Shown here: piece by piece, positions 35,901 through 47,524 of the stretch
How the letters are laid out: every line of letters begins with the position of its first letter
Position numbering within the stretch: the first letter of the stretch is position 1
Notes under the pieces: model-generated
Databases searched by the model: none
What the model saw: only the letters and a program-made list of their open reading frames with translations
What the model was told of the DNA's origin: nothing
Assembly (NCBI GenBank): GCA_030141605.1
Contig: JAQGDQ010000042.1
Span: 744,001 to 808,000 of the forward strand
Source of the DNA: Tubiluchus corallicola
Lineage: Eukaryota; Animalia; Priapulida
Direction: 5' to 3'
Length of the DNA stretch: 64,000 nucleotides
Translations under genes and position numbers: made by a program

Positions 35901-38900
35901 CTCTTTTGTTCAATTAATTAGCTATAATTGTCGAAAGCGTAGTATCTGTTAATGTGTCTGTTCGCACTGATTATCAAAGATGGTGAAGCTATATTCACCG
36001 TATTCCGCACAGGAATAGGTCTAAGCAAGAGATGGAAATCTGTTAAGTTTGGGTTCAATAAGCCAGAGATCAAGGTCACAAGATCAAAAAAATGACTGTA
36101 AAACCAAATTAGTTAAAATAGCGTAAAATTATCAAAATTGACACAGGGATAGATCTGGGTCAGACCGGAAAACCCAAGTGTTGTTTTTTCGTTCAGAGTC
36201 AAAGGTCAAGGTCATACGTTTTCGTCTAGAGATTTTAAATCAAAGGATTGAAGGCATGGGCCTGCACTTGTATTGAGGACCCTCATGTTAGTCAGCTATA
36301 TTGTATGGCCATTTTTTTCAGTTACGCAATGTTGGAGTTCCAATAGAGCATGTGACATGGCCGCGTGTGACACTATCATCAGATGGGTGGATATGTGTAC
36401 GACACTGCAAGCATCCCCATATGGCTGGTGTGTGTCCTCAATGTGTTGCACGTCGTCGTGCCGGCAGTAACGGCAGTTCAGGCAGTAGTGGTAGTGGAAA
36501 TGGTGCTATCAGACCTTCCTCCTTCAGGTATTTTACACACCTGATATTTGAAATTATAAATGTGTGTTTAGTTACTTGAATAGTTAGAGTGACTGTTAAA
36601 CTTCTATTGCTTTGAACGGGTTATTTCAAAATTTTGATATTCTTTATTTGTAAACTATTACGACTAGCTTTAATAACCTCTTTTCATAATTTTTAGCAGA
36701 ATTCTATTGTATATGTTGTGGTTGTCACATTTTTTAAAAAAGTATAAAGTCGTATTGATCTACACAGCTTAATTTTTTGCTGTGCCTCCCTTTTAAAGCC
36801 TTCCTTATAATCAATGATTAACTCACTGGAATATAAATCATTTAAACTAAATTGAAAAATGTCTTGTATCTAACTGCAAATGATTGTGTTTTATTGAGTT
36901 GTTACAGTCTGTTCTTAAATCACCACACAGATTAGAGGCATTTTCTGTTTATTTTTAAAACAACTTATCCCCGTACACTAGCTGAGCTGTGCAGTGAATG
37001 TTTTTATTTGTTGCACTTTAATAATCCCCAATATATAACTGTGCAAGCTTCTGACCTAGGTTAAAAGCTTAAGCAGTTTTTTAGCAGTGACAGTCAATTA
37101 AACTGAATAGAGCATCATAAATGAAAATCGAAGTGTGTGGAGAAAGAAAACAATGAACTATTTGTTCTACCTCTATGGTTTATTCATCAATGAGCTTTTT
37201 GATTTTATTTTAATAATTTTTATTAGATCCTTTACTGCACATTTTGATGAATTTTATAGGAAATCATTGTCTTTGGAAAGAACCCGAAGTCGGAGTAGCT
37301 CCAGATCCCCTGCACGTCGCATGTACGCTTCCACGACGTCTTCCAATGGCACAAGTAGTTCCAGCAGTAATGGTCTTTCGTCGTCCACGTCATCATCCAC
37401 TTCCTCATCTAGTTCTGCTCGCAGCCTCCGCGAGAAACTACAGTGTCGACTAACTTTGCTCAACCTACATTTAGGAGGAACGCCACTAAAATGGAGTGCC
37501 ATTGCTGATTCAGTGCGCAAAAACCCTGTCCGGCCATGGCTAGCTCTGAAAGGTAATAACTGTAAAGAATGTCGTATTTTATTTTGTAATGTTAGCGTAG
37601 TAGAGTTCTCAAACATACTGGTGTGACAGCTCAGCTATCGGGAATCTCTGTCCACATCTTGAAAGATATTCAGATAGAATACTATGCAGCTGTACTGCAT
37701 TTTTTGATACATCTACCATTTTGGGATAACATGAGATAAAATATTCTTGGCTTGTCTGGAGAATATAGCACGCTGGATGATGTTACAAAAAAATTGAATT
37801 TAGACTGCCATCTTTTGTATTCTGGTTGATTAAAACTTAAAGTTGTGCACTGATTGTCTGTAACTGCTTTCCAAAATATTTCTGACCCTTTCAGTTATAT
37901 GGCATAGAAAGGACTAAGTACATTTTACGTTTGCTATGAGCGCCCAGAATTGGAGAATAGACTGAGTTTGTTGTTTTTCTAAACCTATGCTAGATCTGCT
38001 AGTGTGAATTAGACATAACAATAGTCTCGAAAGCTGATATGACGAGTTTATCTCTTTGTATGTTTGTAGCTGGATTTCATATAGAAGTGTATGACATGGA
38101 TTCCCGTGCACTACTGCGCAAGCACAAATGTGCAATGTCTGTGATATTTTGGGCGTGGGCAAGTCCTGACGTCATCGCCTTAGTGTCTGAGATGGACGTT
38201 TATCATTGGCATCTTACCAAAGGTATGCAGTAGTGCAGTTTCTTCTTGTTGTGTATTTTTAACATTTGGTCCGTCACAGTTGTGAAATAGACTCAAAAGT
38301 GCTTCCAACTTTACATTTCTCTTTAATTTTTTGTCTCCATATTTCTACTAAATCAGGAGAAACTTCTCAAAAACAGTCTCAGTTGCCTATTTGAATTGAT
38401 CTTAGCCGTTCCTGTCTTAATTGTGACTGGCCAGTGACACTTGGTCATTTCTTCTCTATGCTCATTTGGCAGAGGGGAACTTTAAGGTGGTTAAGTCACC
38501 AATTTAGTTTAATAATATGTTATTACCACAGCAATTTTCTAAGCACTACTCTGGGTGGATAGGTTAACAAACATGGAACTGAATGCTATGCAATTGCTTA
38601 ACTTATCAGGATAGATGAAATATATCATTCTTTCACTCTGTGAATGACTTCAAGATGTTAAAATACTGTCATTATCATGCACTGAATGGTGTATCATGTG
38701 CTAATTTATCATGACTGGGCTCACTGAAAGTAAGTAAAATACTTGGCTGTCTGACTAAAATGTGTCATGTGTCTTTTTATGTGTATGCCAGGATAATGTG
38801 TGTGTAAGCTAGGTAGCATTTGTACTGAATATAACTTATTCATGGTATTAGTTATTTATTACCTCTCTACTGGTTTAAGATCTCACTTAGAGGTTAATCA

Positions 38901-41900
38901 TTGATAATTGATTAGGTTCCATTCCACTTACAAATAAGTAGAAGTGCTGGATACTACCTCACAGTAAGTCAAACTGTAAAAAAAGAAAAGGTTGTTTAAC
39001 CTTTATGCTGATAATTAGGCTGGCTATACTGTCATATGCATGGGTTGCATTAACGCCATTACCTGTTAATACTTGTAATCATCCAAAACGTTAATAATCC
39101 AGAAAACAGCCTCTAATTGACTGCAGCTACCATGCGTTTACCATTAGTTGTAGCTGCCATGATTTGTGCAGCATGTCAGGTTAGTACATAGGAGTTTAGG
39201 GGGGGACCTGCCTGGCTTTGAAAAACTTGTTATTGCAAACAGACATTTTAATTTTCTTCATTCGTTCGAGATCTTTATTAGGCAGTCATTCACTATCTAT
39301 AACTTTCTTGTTCTAGGCTCAGATGTGCCACAGAAAGTCTTTGGTCGTCACAGCCGGTTACGATATTCAGAAATAGTGAACTATGCTGCAGATGATAAGC
39401 TTCAGTGGCTTGCCCTTGTGGGACTGTTGCAGAACTACGTAAGCATAATTGATATTTTAATGTCAAAATGCTTAATCTTTCCATACCAAGGAAACTTCTA
39501 GTTTTACAATCTGTTTATATGTTTTAGAATCCAGGACAAGGCTCAACTAATGACATAGTGATGAAATGTCAAGATGGATCAATTTTACAATTTGTAAATT
39601 ACTTGTTGGATATTGCTATAATATGGCTTGTATCACTTTAGATACATTCTTGTAATGACACTGTGACAATTTTGTTTGCATATCCATTTCCTAAGTTTCT
39701 AGGTCTTCATATACCTCGTGTACATTTATTGTAATGCATGGAAGTAATTTGCTATAGAAGCAGTTAAGCATTTGGAGAGTTTAGTTTATATATTGAATGT
39801 ATATAAGAACTGTTCCATTTGGTTAGTTGAGATTTCAGTCCTATTTTGAGCATAATGACATATTGATCTTACTTATAAATCTGAAAAATAGGGGAAGTAG
39901 AATGGCACATCTTTAAGTTATGGAGCCATTGCTTTAGATCTGTTTGTTTATTTCATTGTTCATTTACTAAACACATTTACTGTAATGCTGAAGCACATGT
40001 ATTTAGCAACAGCCCCCCCCTTTATGTTGGTATCTCCAACACCTACATCCTGGTAAGCTCCTGGTTGCTCTTTGCCTAAGCTTGCTTGATGTAACCACTC
40101 ATATTTTGAACAGTTACTGTACATTTGTTAATATAGAGTATTTAACGAAGTTGCTCTTTATCTAACTTCTAGGACAACGAAATTCAAGGCATAATTCAGA
40201 TATATTCAGTTTGTCAGAATCTTAGTCAAATGATTGAAGGACATAGCATTTGTTTTACCCGATATAAATTTGACGGCAACCGTCACTCGTCAACAGTCAT
40301 GTGTTTAGCATCCCGAGGTGCCAATAATATGGGAAAGGTAAACATTTTAAGTTCTAGTTTATGTAAGATTTTTGTTTCAAAAACTTAATAACTGATATTA
40401 TATTGACTCTATATTGTCTTTGTAGTATCTTTATATCGTATGATAATTATATGTTTATACTGATTTTGTTCTTTTTTGATTTTATATAGGTTGTTAGGCT
40501 ATACAATGTCAAAATACATTAAATTTCCATTGTGCATGTTTTTTTGATAAGCAAAAACTAGCCATCTGACTAGGGCCTAACACCTTGTCCTGATTGGTCT
40601 TTAGCTTGCTGTTTTAAGTGCATCTTTTAAATGTTTCTCTATCTACTACTGAGTATGCGTGTATCTACTATGGACCCACTTGACAATTGTTAATTTGTGC
40701 AAATATGGAACAAGCTTTTCTAAACATGCATTAATCAGTGCACTAACAGAAAATGTGTAAGTATTGTTATTTAGTATAAGATTACTTTCTACCTCTAATG
40801 CAAAGTAGGTAAAAACCACTCCGTTCTCCATGCATGTGATGTGTTGTATTTTGCTATGTTATCATGTTCTTACACATATGTTTTGACATATTTGTCTTTT
40901 AAGGGTATTTTATTGTTTTAGTATCACTGATCTTGCCATTTTAGATTCATGTTGTTGAGATGGGACCACACATTATAGGAAACTGTGCCTTAACGAATTA
41001 CTCAGAATCTCTTCATTATCCCGAAAGGGAGGCATCCCAATATGACTTTCCAGTGTCAATACAAGTAGGTGCTTAAGCCATAATTTTGCGGTGTTTATGA
41101 CTTCGGCGACTGTCTGAAAATTTCTATGTCTGGCTGTTGCCAAACATGTGAAAAAAACAGTCGTAAAGTTGTCTGAATGTTCGTCAAACTTTCGCAATAC
41201 GTCAACAATTTCAAAATCCGCAAAAATTTAGAGAACATCATGTGATGCTTTTAAGAATGTTGCCACAACTTTGCGAATATTTTTCAACCTTACGACGTTT
41301 TCGCGAAGTTTGGTTGCCTCGCACTTCTCACAGTGACAATTCTATGAAATTTATTTATCGCGCAGTGATCGCAGTATACTCGCTCAATTGTTGTGCGTTC
41401 GCCTTGTTGCATAAGTGTCGCTGAAGTCACCCAAACATATTGCCTAAATTTCCAGCGATATTCTCACATTTTCGCTGCAGAAAAAAGCTTGGAATTTGCA
41501 AGAATGTGGCGAACATTGCACATATAATTTGTGACGCAACATAGTTGCAGGAATTTTTTGGCGACTGTGGGACAAAGATGAGATGTATAATCAAAGGAAG
41601 GAGTTTACAATTCCCCACACAATTTACATACCCCAACTTTAACCTTAACGTTAACGCTAACCTCAACCCAACCCTGACCCTAATTGTATTCTGCTTCACA
41701 AACTAATTTGTTGTGTGTGGGGAATTGTGAATTTTAGGTTAATCAAATAATGCAATAATGCAATGTTGGATTCTGTAATTCACTGACATTTCAGTGATTT
41801 GGACACGTAACAATGACTTTTTCATTAGTTTTCATAATGTCTGTTGAGCTTTTGATTACCGCAATATTCAATTGTCCATCTAATCATATTAATTGTATAA

Positions 41901-42786
41901 TTTTTAGGTGAGCAATAGGACCCGGTTAATCTACATTGTAACAAAGTATGGTCATTTGTTCTTATGTGAGTTAGAGACTGGACTTTGTTTATGTCGCACG
42001 CAAATTAGTACAGATCTCGTGTTTGCAGCGCAAGTGAATCGTGATACACAAGGACTGGTTGCTGTCAGTAGGAATGGATTGGTATTTATTACAGTTATAT
42101 CTTATCCAAGTATAGCAAGTAACCAGTTAAATATTTTTTTAATTTCACTAAAGTTTCGCTATATGGCTGTAGACTATAATGAAGTAACATTGTCATGTCC
42201 TTTATTGAAGGAATCCAGGATTTGTCATTTTATGAAATTCATTTATCTTTTCAAGTACAGCAAGTAACCACATTTTGCTATATTGCTGTGGACTACAACG
42301 AAACTACTCGGTTGTGTAAGGATTTGTCAATATTCCTTATAAATTCTTGACGTTAAAATTTTGTCAGATGTGGTTTGAAAATTCTATATTACTGTGAGCT
42401 GGCTTAAAATAATTTGTAAAAAATGAAAGAATTAGCCAATGATTGTGCAAGATAATGGATCCACACTTTGATAGATTGTTTATTGTTTCATACCATATCA
42501 TTGTATTTTGCACTAATGTTTTTCACTGCAAATTCAGCAATGAAGTAATAAAGTTTTATGAATGTTGCATTTGTGAGTTACAATCATAAGCATTACTGCA
42601 CAGTTTATGTTGTATTTTGAACATCTGCAGCGTAGCAACAATAATTGATGTCGCAGTCAATGCATTTTATTTTTGTAGGTATTTGCAGTTGATATAAAAT
42701 ACGAGCTAATAATTGAATATATCAACAGTATTCTCAAGAAACCTGCACTTGCTGGTCGAATGAAGTCCTACATGGCAGTGTTTTAA
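24287..42786 (+). CDS. Clathrin heavy chain N-terminal (beta-propeller) domain-only protein, 9 exons, ~472 aa (461 with the alternative acceptor)
   Basis: Exons 24287-24331, 36322-36527, 37227(or 37260)-37552, 38070-38222, 39317-39438, 40173-40337, 40945-41064, 41908-42081, 42679-42786 (TAA); 1419 nt with no internal stop. Collinear with clathrin heavy chain residues ~1-358: LPIRVTEICQ|LRNVGV..DGWICVR, ADSVRKNP..LALK|AG, VIFWAW..VYHW, FGRHSRL..IVNY..QWLALVG, QIYSV..SQMIEGH, K|IHVVEMG..DFPVSIQ|, IVTKYGHLFLCELETGLCL, SRNGL|VFAV..IIEYINSILKKPALAGRM. Confidence 0.9.
31920..32520. repeat. Dispersed direct repeat (~90 bp x2) in AT-rich intronic DNA
   Basis: tttaatc(a/g)taatttattctcatta..gatattgtaa.gtg.aattttagtgtgtaattt..aaaattgtc at ~31920-32010 and ~32432-32515. 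Confidence 0.7.
32920..33008. repeat. (CT)n microsatellite / polypyrimidine tract
   Basis: Long tc dinucleotide run with a few interruptions. Confidence 0.95.
33849..33870. repeat. (TA)n microsatellite
   Basis: Uninterrupted ta run. Confidence 0.9.
35481..35654. repeat. Foldback / long imperfect inverted repeat (MITE-like)
   Basis: Left arm aacgtaatccctttatagtctcgatgatta...gcggccctcatc pairs with right arm gatgagggccgc...taatcattgagactataaggggcattacgtt; arms ~72 bp, spacer ~29 bp. Confidence 0.88.
35815..35886 (+). pseudogene. Degenerate tRNA-like sequence (Thr-TGT-like pseudogene or SINE head)
   Basis: A-box TAGCTCACATGGTAGAGC, perfect anticodon stem TGTGA/TCACA around loop AATGTAA, degenerate B-box GTCAAATCC, downstream T-run. 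Acceptor and T stems pair poorly and U33 is lost, so it is unlikely to be functional. Confidence 0.6.
41607..41728. repeat. Small element with 15-bp inverted ends enclosing degenerate (TAACCC)-like hexamers
   Basis: acaattccccacaca (41607-41621) is the exact reverse complement of tgtgtggggaattgt (41714-41728). Interior reads taacct taacgt taacgc taacct caaccc aaccc tgaccc taa. Confidence 0.75.
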
Positions 42787-42920
42787 CACTTGACGGTCTA
42801 GCTGTGATAGCCAAGTTTTCATTTAGCTAACTGAGTTGGAAATGCTTCTACTAGAGATCATATTTTATGGAAAACGTTATGACGGGAACGTTAAAGATAT
42901 GAAAAAACGTACGTTACAAG

Positions 42921-43137
42921 AGACATTGCACAATGGTTGCAGTCTGGTTGTAGACATTACAGTGGTCGCAGTCTGGTTCTAGACATTACACAATGGTTGC
43001 AGTCTGGTTCTAGACATTATGCCATAGTTGCAATCTGGTTCCAGACATTACACAATGTGTGCAGTCTGGTTCTAGACATTACACAATGGTTGCTGTCTGG
43101 TTCTAGACGTTACACAATGGGTGCAATCTGGTTCTAG
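42921..43137 (+). repeat. Minisatellite, 7 copies of a 31-bp unit
   Basis: Consensus agacattacacaatggttgcagtctggttct; units start at 42921, 42952, 42981, 43012, 43043, 43074, 43105. There are no unique spacers. Confidence 0.95.
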
Positions 43138-44870
43138 CTTGAAGTCACCTGATTGGTAGATAAATTAGCAGCAATTTAGCTAGAGTTTTAACAGATTACT
43201 GATCTTTGCCATAATAACCTTTGTGTTGAACTGGAATTTTATTAAATGACAAAATTGGTCAAAGATAGCTACTTTTGTCAGTTTTAAAACAGTTCAAAAT
43301 GAAATTTAATGTAGTTGAAATACAGTTGGTTATTAATTATTTATTAGCATTGAAATTGACTAATTGTAGGTGAAACAAAACCTTATATAAAAATGCTGAG
43401 CCAACACATAATGATCATCTCCGTAACATTTATTATGTTGTTTATACGTGCAGTTGCTGTAGGTCAAAGGTTGAGTGAACCCAGCTCGTCTTACTTAACT
43501 ACAACGGTCACGTGACCTTATGCACGTAACTACATGTAGATGAAACAGGTGAACCACGCGGTTGTTTTTATTATATACTACAGGTGTACAGTTTTGAACT
43601 AACAAGTTATTCTTATCCAAAAATAACTAGCAAAATAATAGCAGCAGTCCATGTAAAATGAAATAAATGAAGCAAAAACTAATGCCAATAACTGTTACTA
43701 TTACAATAGCGTGGGCTATGAGGCATTGTCAAATGTAAACTAATATTTGGTTCAGACAACATTGTTAAATTCACTAAATCTTTGACGTTTTCACGATCAT
43801 CACCAATCGCTTGAACTGTGAAAAGGCTTGTTACAAAGTGGCATTATCAGTATGACTTGTCAACATAGCGAAAGATTGAAGTGTCAGATGAAGACGTGGT
43901 GCAATAAGTATGTTGAGGGTTATCATTAAGTGGACTTTGTTTTTGGTATTTATTTAGACTTCTTCCTCTTTCTTCTTTTCTTTTTTACTATTACTATATC
44001 TTTTAACATATAGATGCACCCAAGTAATTATGTATGATTCATTGTACATGTTTGTGTCTTAGTATTTTTACATAAACACTTTATTGTGCTGTTACAATTA
44101 TAACTTGCCAAAAGTTGTTTTCTTTTAATATACTGTAATATTATAATGATAATAATTTGTGAGTTAGTAAATTATAAGTCATTTATATGTGTGTATTCAT
44201 ATTTTGTTTTCCCATGAAAAAGTAATGTAATAAGGAAGGAATAGTTCATAGAACTTTTAAAGCGCAAATGGAAATTTAGCCCTAATTTTTTATTAAATAT
44301 ATGTGACCATGGTGTTACAGTTCATGCGATGGTTTTATATGAATTAAGCTGAATCTTGTAATCGTGTATTATTAAAGTGTCAAAATGATGACTTAAGACT
44401 AATGTCGCTCTACACCAAATTTTATTTTGTCTGTATGACACCATCTGTGCCAAATTTGTAATATTAACTTCATTAAACATTTTGATATGGTTTGCTGTTT
44501 TATACTCATGCTGTATGCTAGCTACTTGTTGGTAATAATTTTGAATTTCATCTTTGGTTATATCTGCTAAACTTCACTGATCATGTGTTGATTTTATTGT
44601 TGTGTGCCAAATCCAAGTGTATGTAAAACCTGGAAAGACACACCAGTACTATATGGCAGCCGTGTTAAGTTTACAGTGCTCTTGCTGGGCACTGTAAACG
44701 AAGGAGATTTTGAGATTAGTATGAAAGTTACTTTACCTCTCGACTAAAATTGTAGTGCATACTCACTCTCTTTTGATACTGACCAGTTTGTGTAAATCAC
44801 GTTTTTATGTTGGTTGAAATGTAATAGTTCGAAGGTTGGCTGTTTAGAGTAGGCCTATACTTAAATATAC

Positions 44871-45074
44871 ATATAACATTGTTTCTATTCTGTTAGTTAG
44901 CCAAGTCGCTTTTATGCAACAGAGTAGGCATTGATATACCCATCATGCTTTCTTTCTAATAGCTTTGATTGAAATGTATATAACATTGTTTCTATTCTGT
45001 TAGTAAGCCACGTAACTCTATGCTACAGAGTAGTGCATTGGTATACCTGACGTGTTTTGTCTTTCTGATAGCTT
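44871..45074. repeat. Diverged tandem duplication, period ~107 bp
   Basis: atataacattgtttctattctgttagt.agcca...cagagtag..gcattg.tatacc...ctttct.atagctt starts at 44871 and 44978. Confidence 0.85.
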
Positions 45075-47524
45075 CAGTTAATTTGAACAACAACCTTTGT
45101 TGTACACATACTTGGCGAGCTTGATTCCCATGGCAAATTTTCTGGCTTTCAGTATTAAATCCATCATAAGACTATTCTTGCTACATATTTATAATGCATT
45201 GAAAATGTGTGTTCAGTTAGACTAAAGTTATTAAAAACAGTATTGTATCAATATTATCTTATATTATTTTGGAAATTATAATCTCTCTACTGAATCTGAC
45301 TGTTTCTTTGTTTACTGCGTGTTACATAATAATTACTGTTTGATGATTAGCCTGCTTGTTGTCTTTCTGACTGAATTGTACAGAGTAAGTAACTTATCCT
45401 TACCGAAATGATATTACTGTTCCTCATTTTTTTATTATTGCCGAAATTAACTTATGTGATGTTATTTCACACAAGTAACTTTGCTGTAATTACATTGACA
45501 TAAACTCATAGCCATGCATAATAGTTGTATACATAAAACTGTATTTTTCAATTTGAGTTGTGTAATATAATTTTCTTGCCTTTGAAGGTTAGGCATTCTG
45601 TAGTAACTTGGCATCAACCCTGCACTGATATAAAAAAATCAAAATTATTATGTAGACCTATTGTGCAATCCTATTTTTCATCTAATGGGATGTTAATTAT
45701 TGTGGTGGTAAGCCTTTGTCTCCTTCCACAGCTTTCTGTGTCTTCATAGATCTTGAGTGATATGTAAAAATTGTAAATGTTAAATCTGCATGGCAAATGT
45801 TACAATGTATTGTTGTAAAGTAACACCGTAAGTTATACTAAAATTAATAAACTAAGTTATGTTAACGTTCTTCAACTTTTCTCGCTTGAATTTAGTCTTG
45901 CATTTCCAGTTTACTGATTAGAGTACAGTAAGCATCATACAGATTTCTTGAGATCTAAACTTCAATGGTGTTGCTTGGTTAACAAAAAGAAAAGCTTTAT
46001 TGCGTAGTCCGTTAACAATAAATTTCAGCATTTAATTTTCAATGGTATATGAACAAGAGTGATTGTAAGGGTCTATAATCACTTGTGTGTGCAAAAATCT
46101 TAGAAAGCAGAAATTGTACACACATTGCTGAAATGTTTACTAATGTGCTTACAACACACACAACTTATAAAAAACAGCTGTAACATGAATTTCAGTAAAT
46201 AAATATTGTCATGTTTCACAAATAAAACTGCGTCAGATTCATTCATATTAGTTAAAGAAGCTACAATAAGTATCAAGATAAACAACAAAAATTTTATTAC
46301 TGTCAATGAGAAAAAAATTACCATTTACAATTACCATAATGGCAAGCTTTTGAAAATGTTTGATGCAAAACTTATCCAAGAATTTCATATCACTATAAGA
46401 AAATGAAGTCAGCAGGTGCCAGGTTAAAACAACATTCACCATAACTTCAAAAAAGCTTTCCCAAGTCAACGTTAACATCTATTGAAAATTTTTGTTACAC
46501 TCTTATAGCGTAACTGAATCTCAGACAAAAAATATTCCAATTAATTAGAAAAACACAAAGAAATGTGTGTCAACAATTAACCTGTGAATTCTATGATTTA
46601 ACAACACCATTGAATTAAGACAATTTGAAATGCTGTCAAATTTGGATCATATAATGTCAAACTTTCCCAAAAACTACAGAAAAGAACATTAGTGTATTAG
46701 CTAAAAGGCCTAACAGAGAACTCTTAGTGACCTATTTTCCACAACTTATATTTTACATTTAATGTTGAATTTACTGCAAAGCATTCAACACTTATGTTAT
46801 ACCTTGAGTAATGTAACACCATAAGGTCGATCATCTAGACACTTTTTTGCGAAGCATGAAGACTTTATAAATGCTAAGGATAATGATAAACAAATTCAAA
46901 TTTTGTTTATTCGTAGCTGAAAGGTAAAAAATTATTCCAAGATGAGGTACAAATGGATCCAACATAAATGAAAAAGAAAATAATCGAAGTAACATTGCTT
47001 TGGCATAAAGTTAACATGTCAACAAAAGTTCAAGATTATCTACTGCCACACAATTAAGTTCCATGACCCACAGGACAGTCTGCAGTCTATTTTTCTGGTG
47101 TAAAATTAACAAAAACAGAGAAGTGAACAAGCGGTAAAGCTATAGAAACTCAACATGGGTTATGGGGTTACGACAACAAGTTTGCCACACGTTTATTTTT
47201 ACAGATAATTTTTGTGAAGTTGCTGAAAAAACGGACAATTTTTCTGAAATTAAGAATGGCACATGTACAAGCCCCAATGTAAACTCTCAGGCACATTAGC
47301 TCAGAAGTCAAAACATGATAAGTTCAACATGTGAGTCAAAGCTGAAGCAAAGTAAAACTGCTTAAATGACCTGCAAACCTAAAGGCACACACAGCAACTG
47401 ATAATTGATACTTCGCTAATGCTAAATGATGATAGTTTAAAAGTACGGCACGAATGATTGTTGAAATTTAACCAGTTCTTTGAAAGGCAAGCAAACAAAT
47501 AAGCAATTTGTTAAGTGTTTAACT

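Noticed and set aside
42921-43137. CRISPR-like array, and the 66-aa repetitive ORF 42937-43137
   Set aside because: Units are contiguous with no unique spacers, the context is eukaryotic and there are no cas genes. The ORF is a by-product of the minisatellite.
43783-43820. Minus-strand hammerhead-like stem (gcgat..atcgt gaaa)
   Set aside because: The CTGANGA core is absent.
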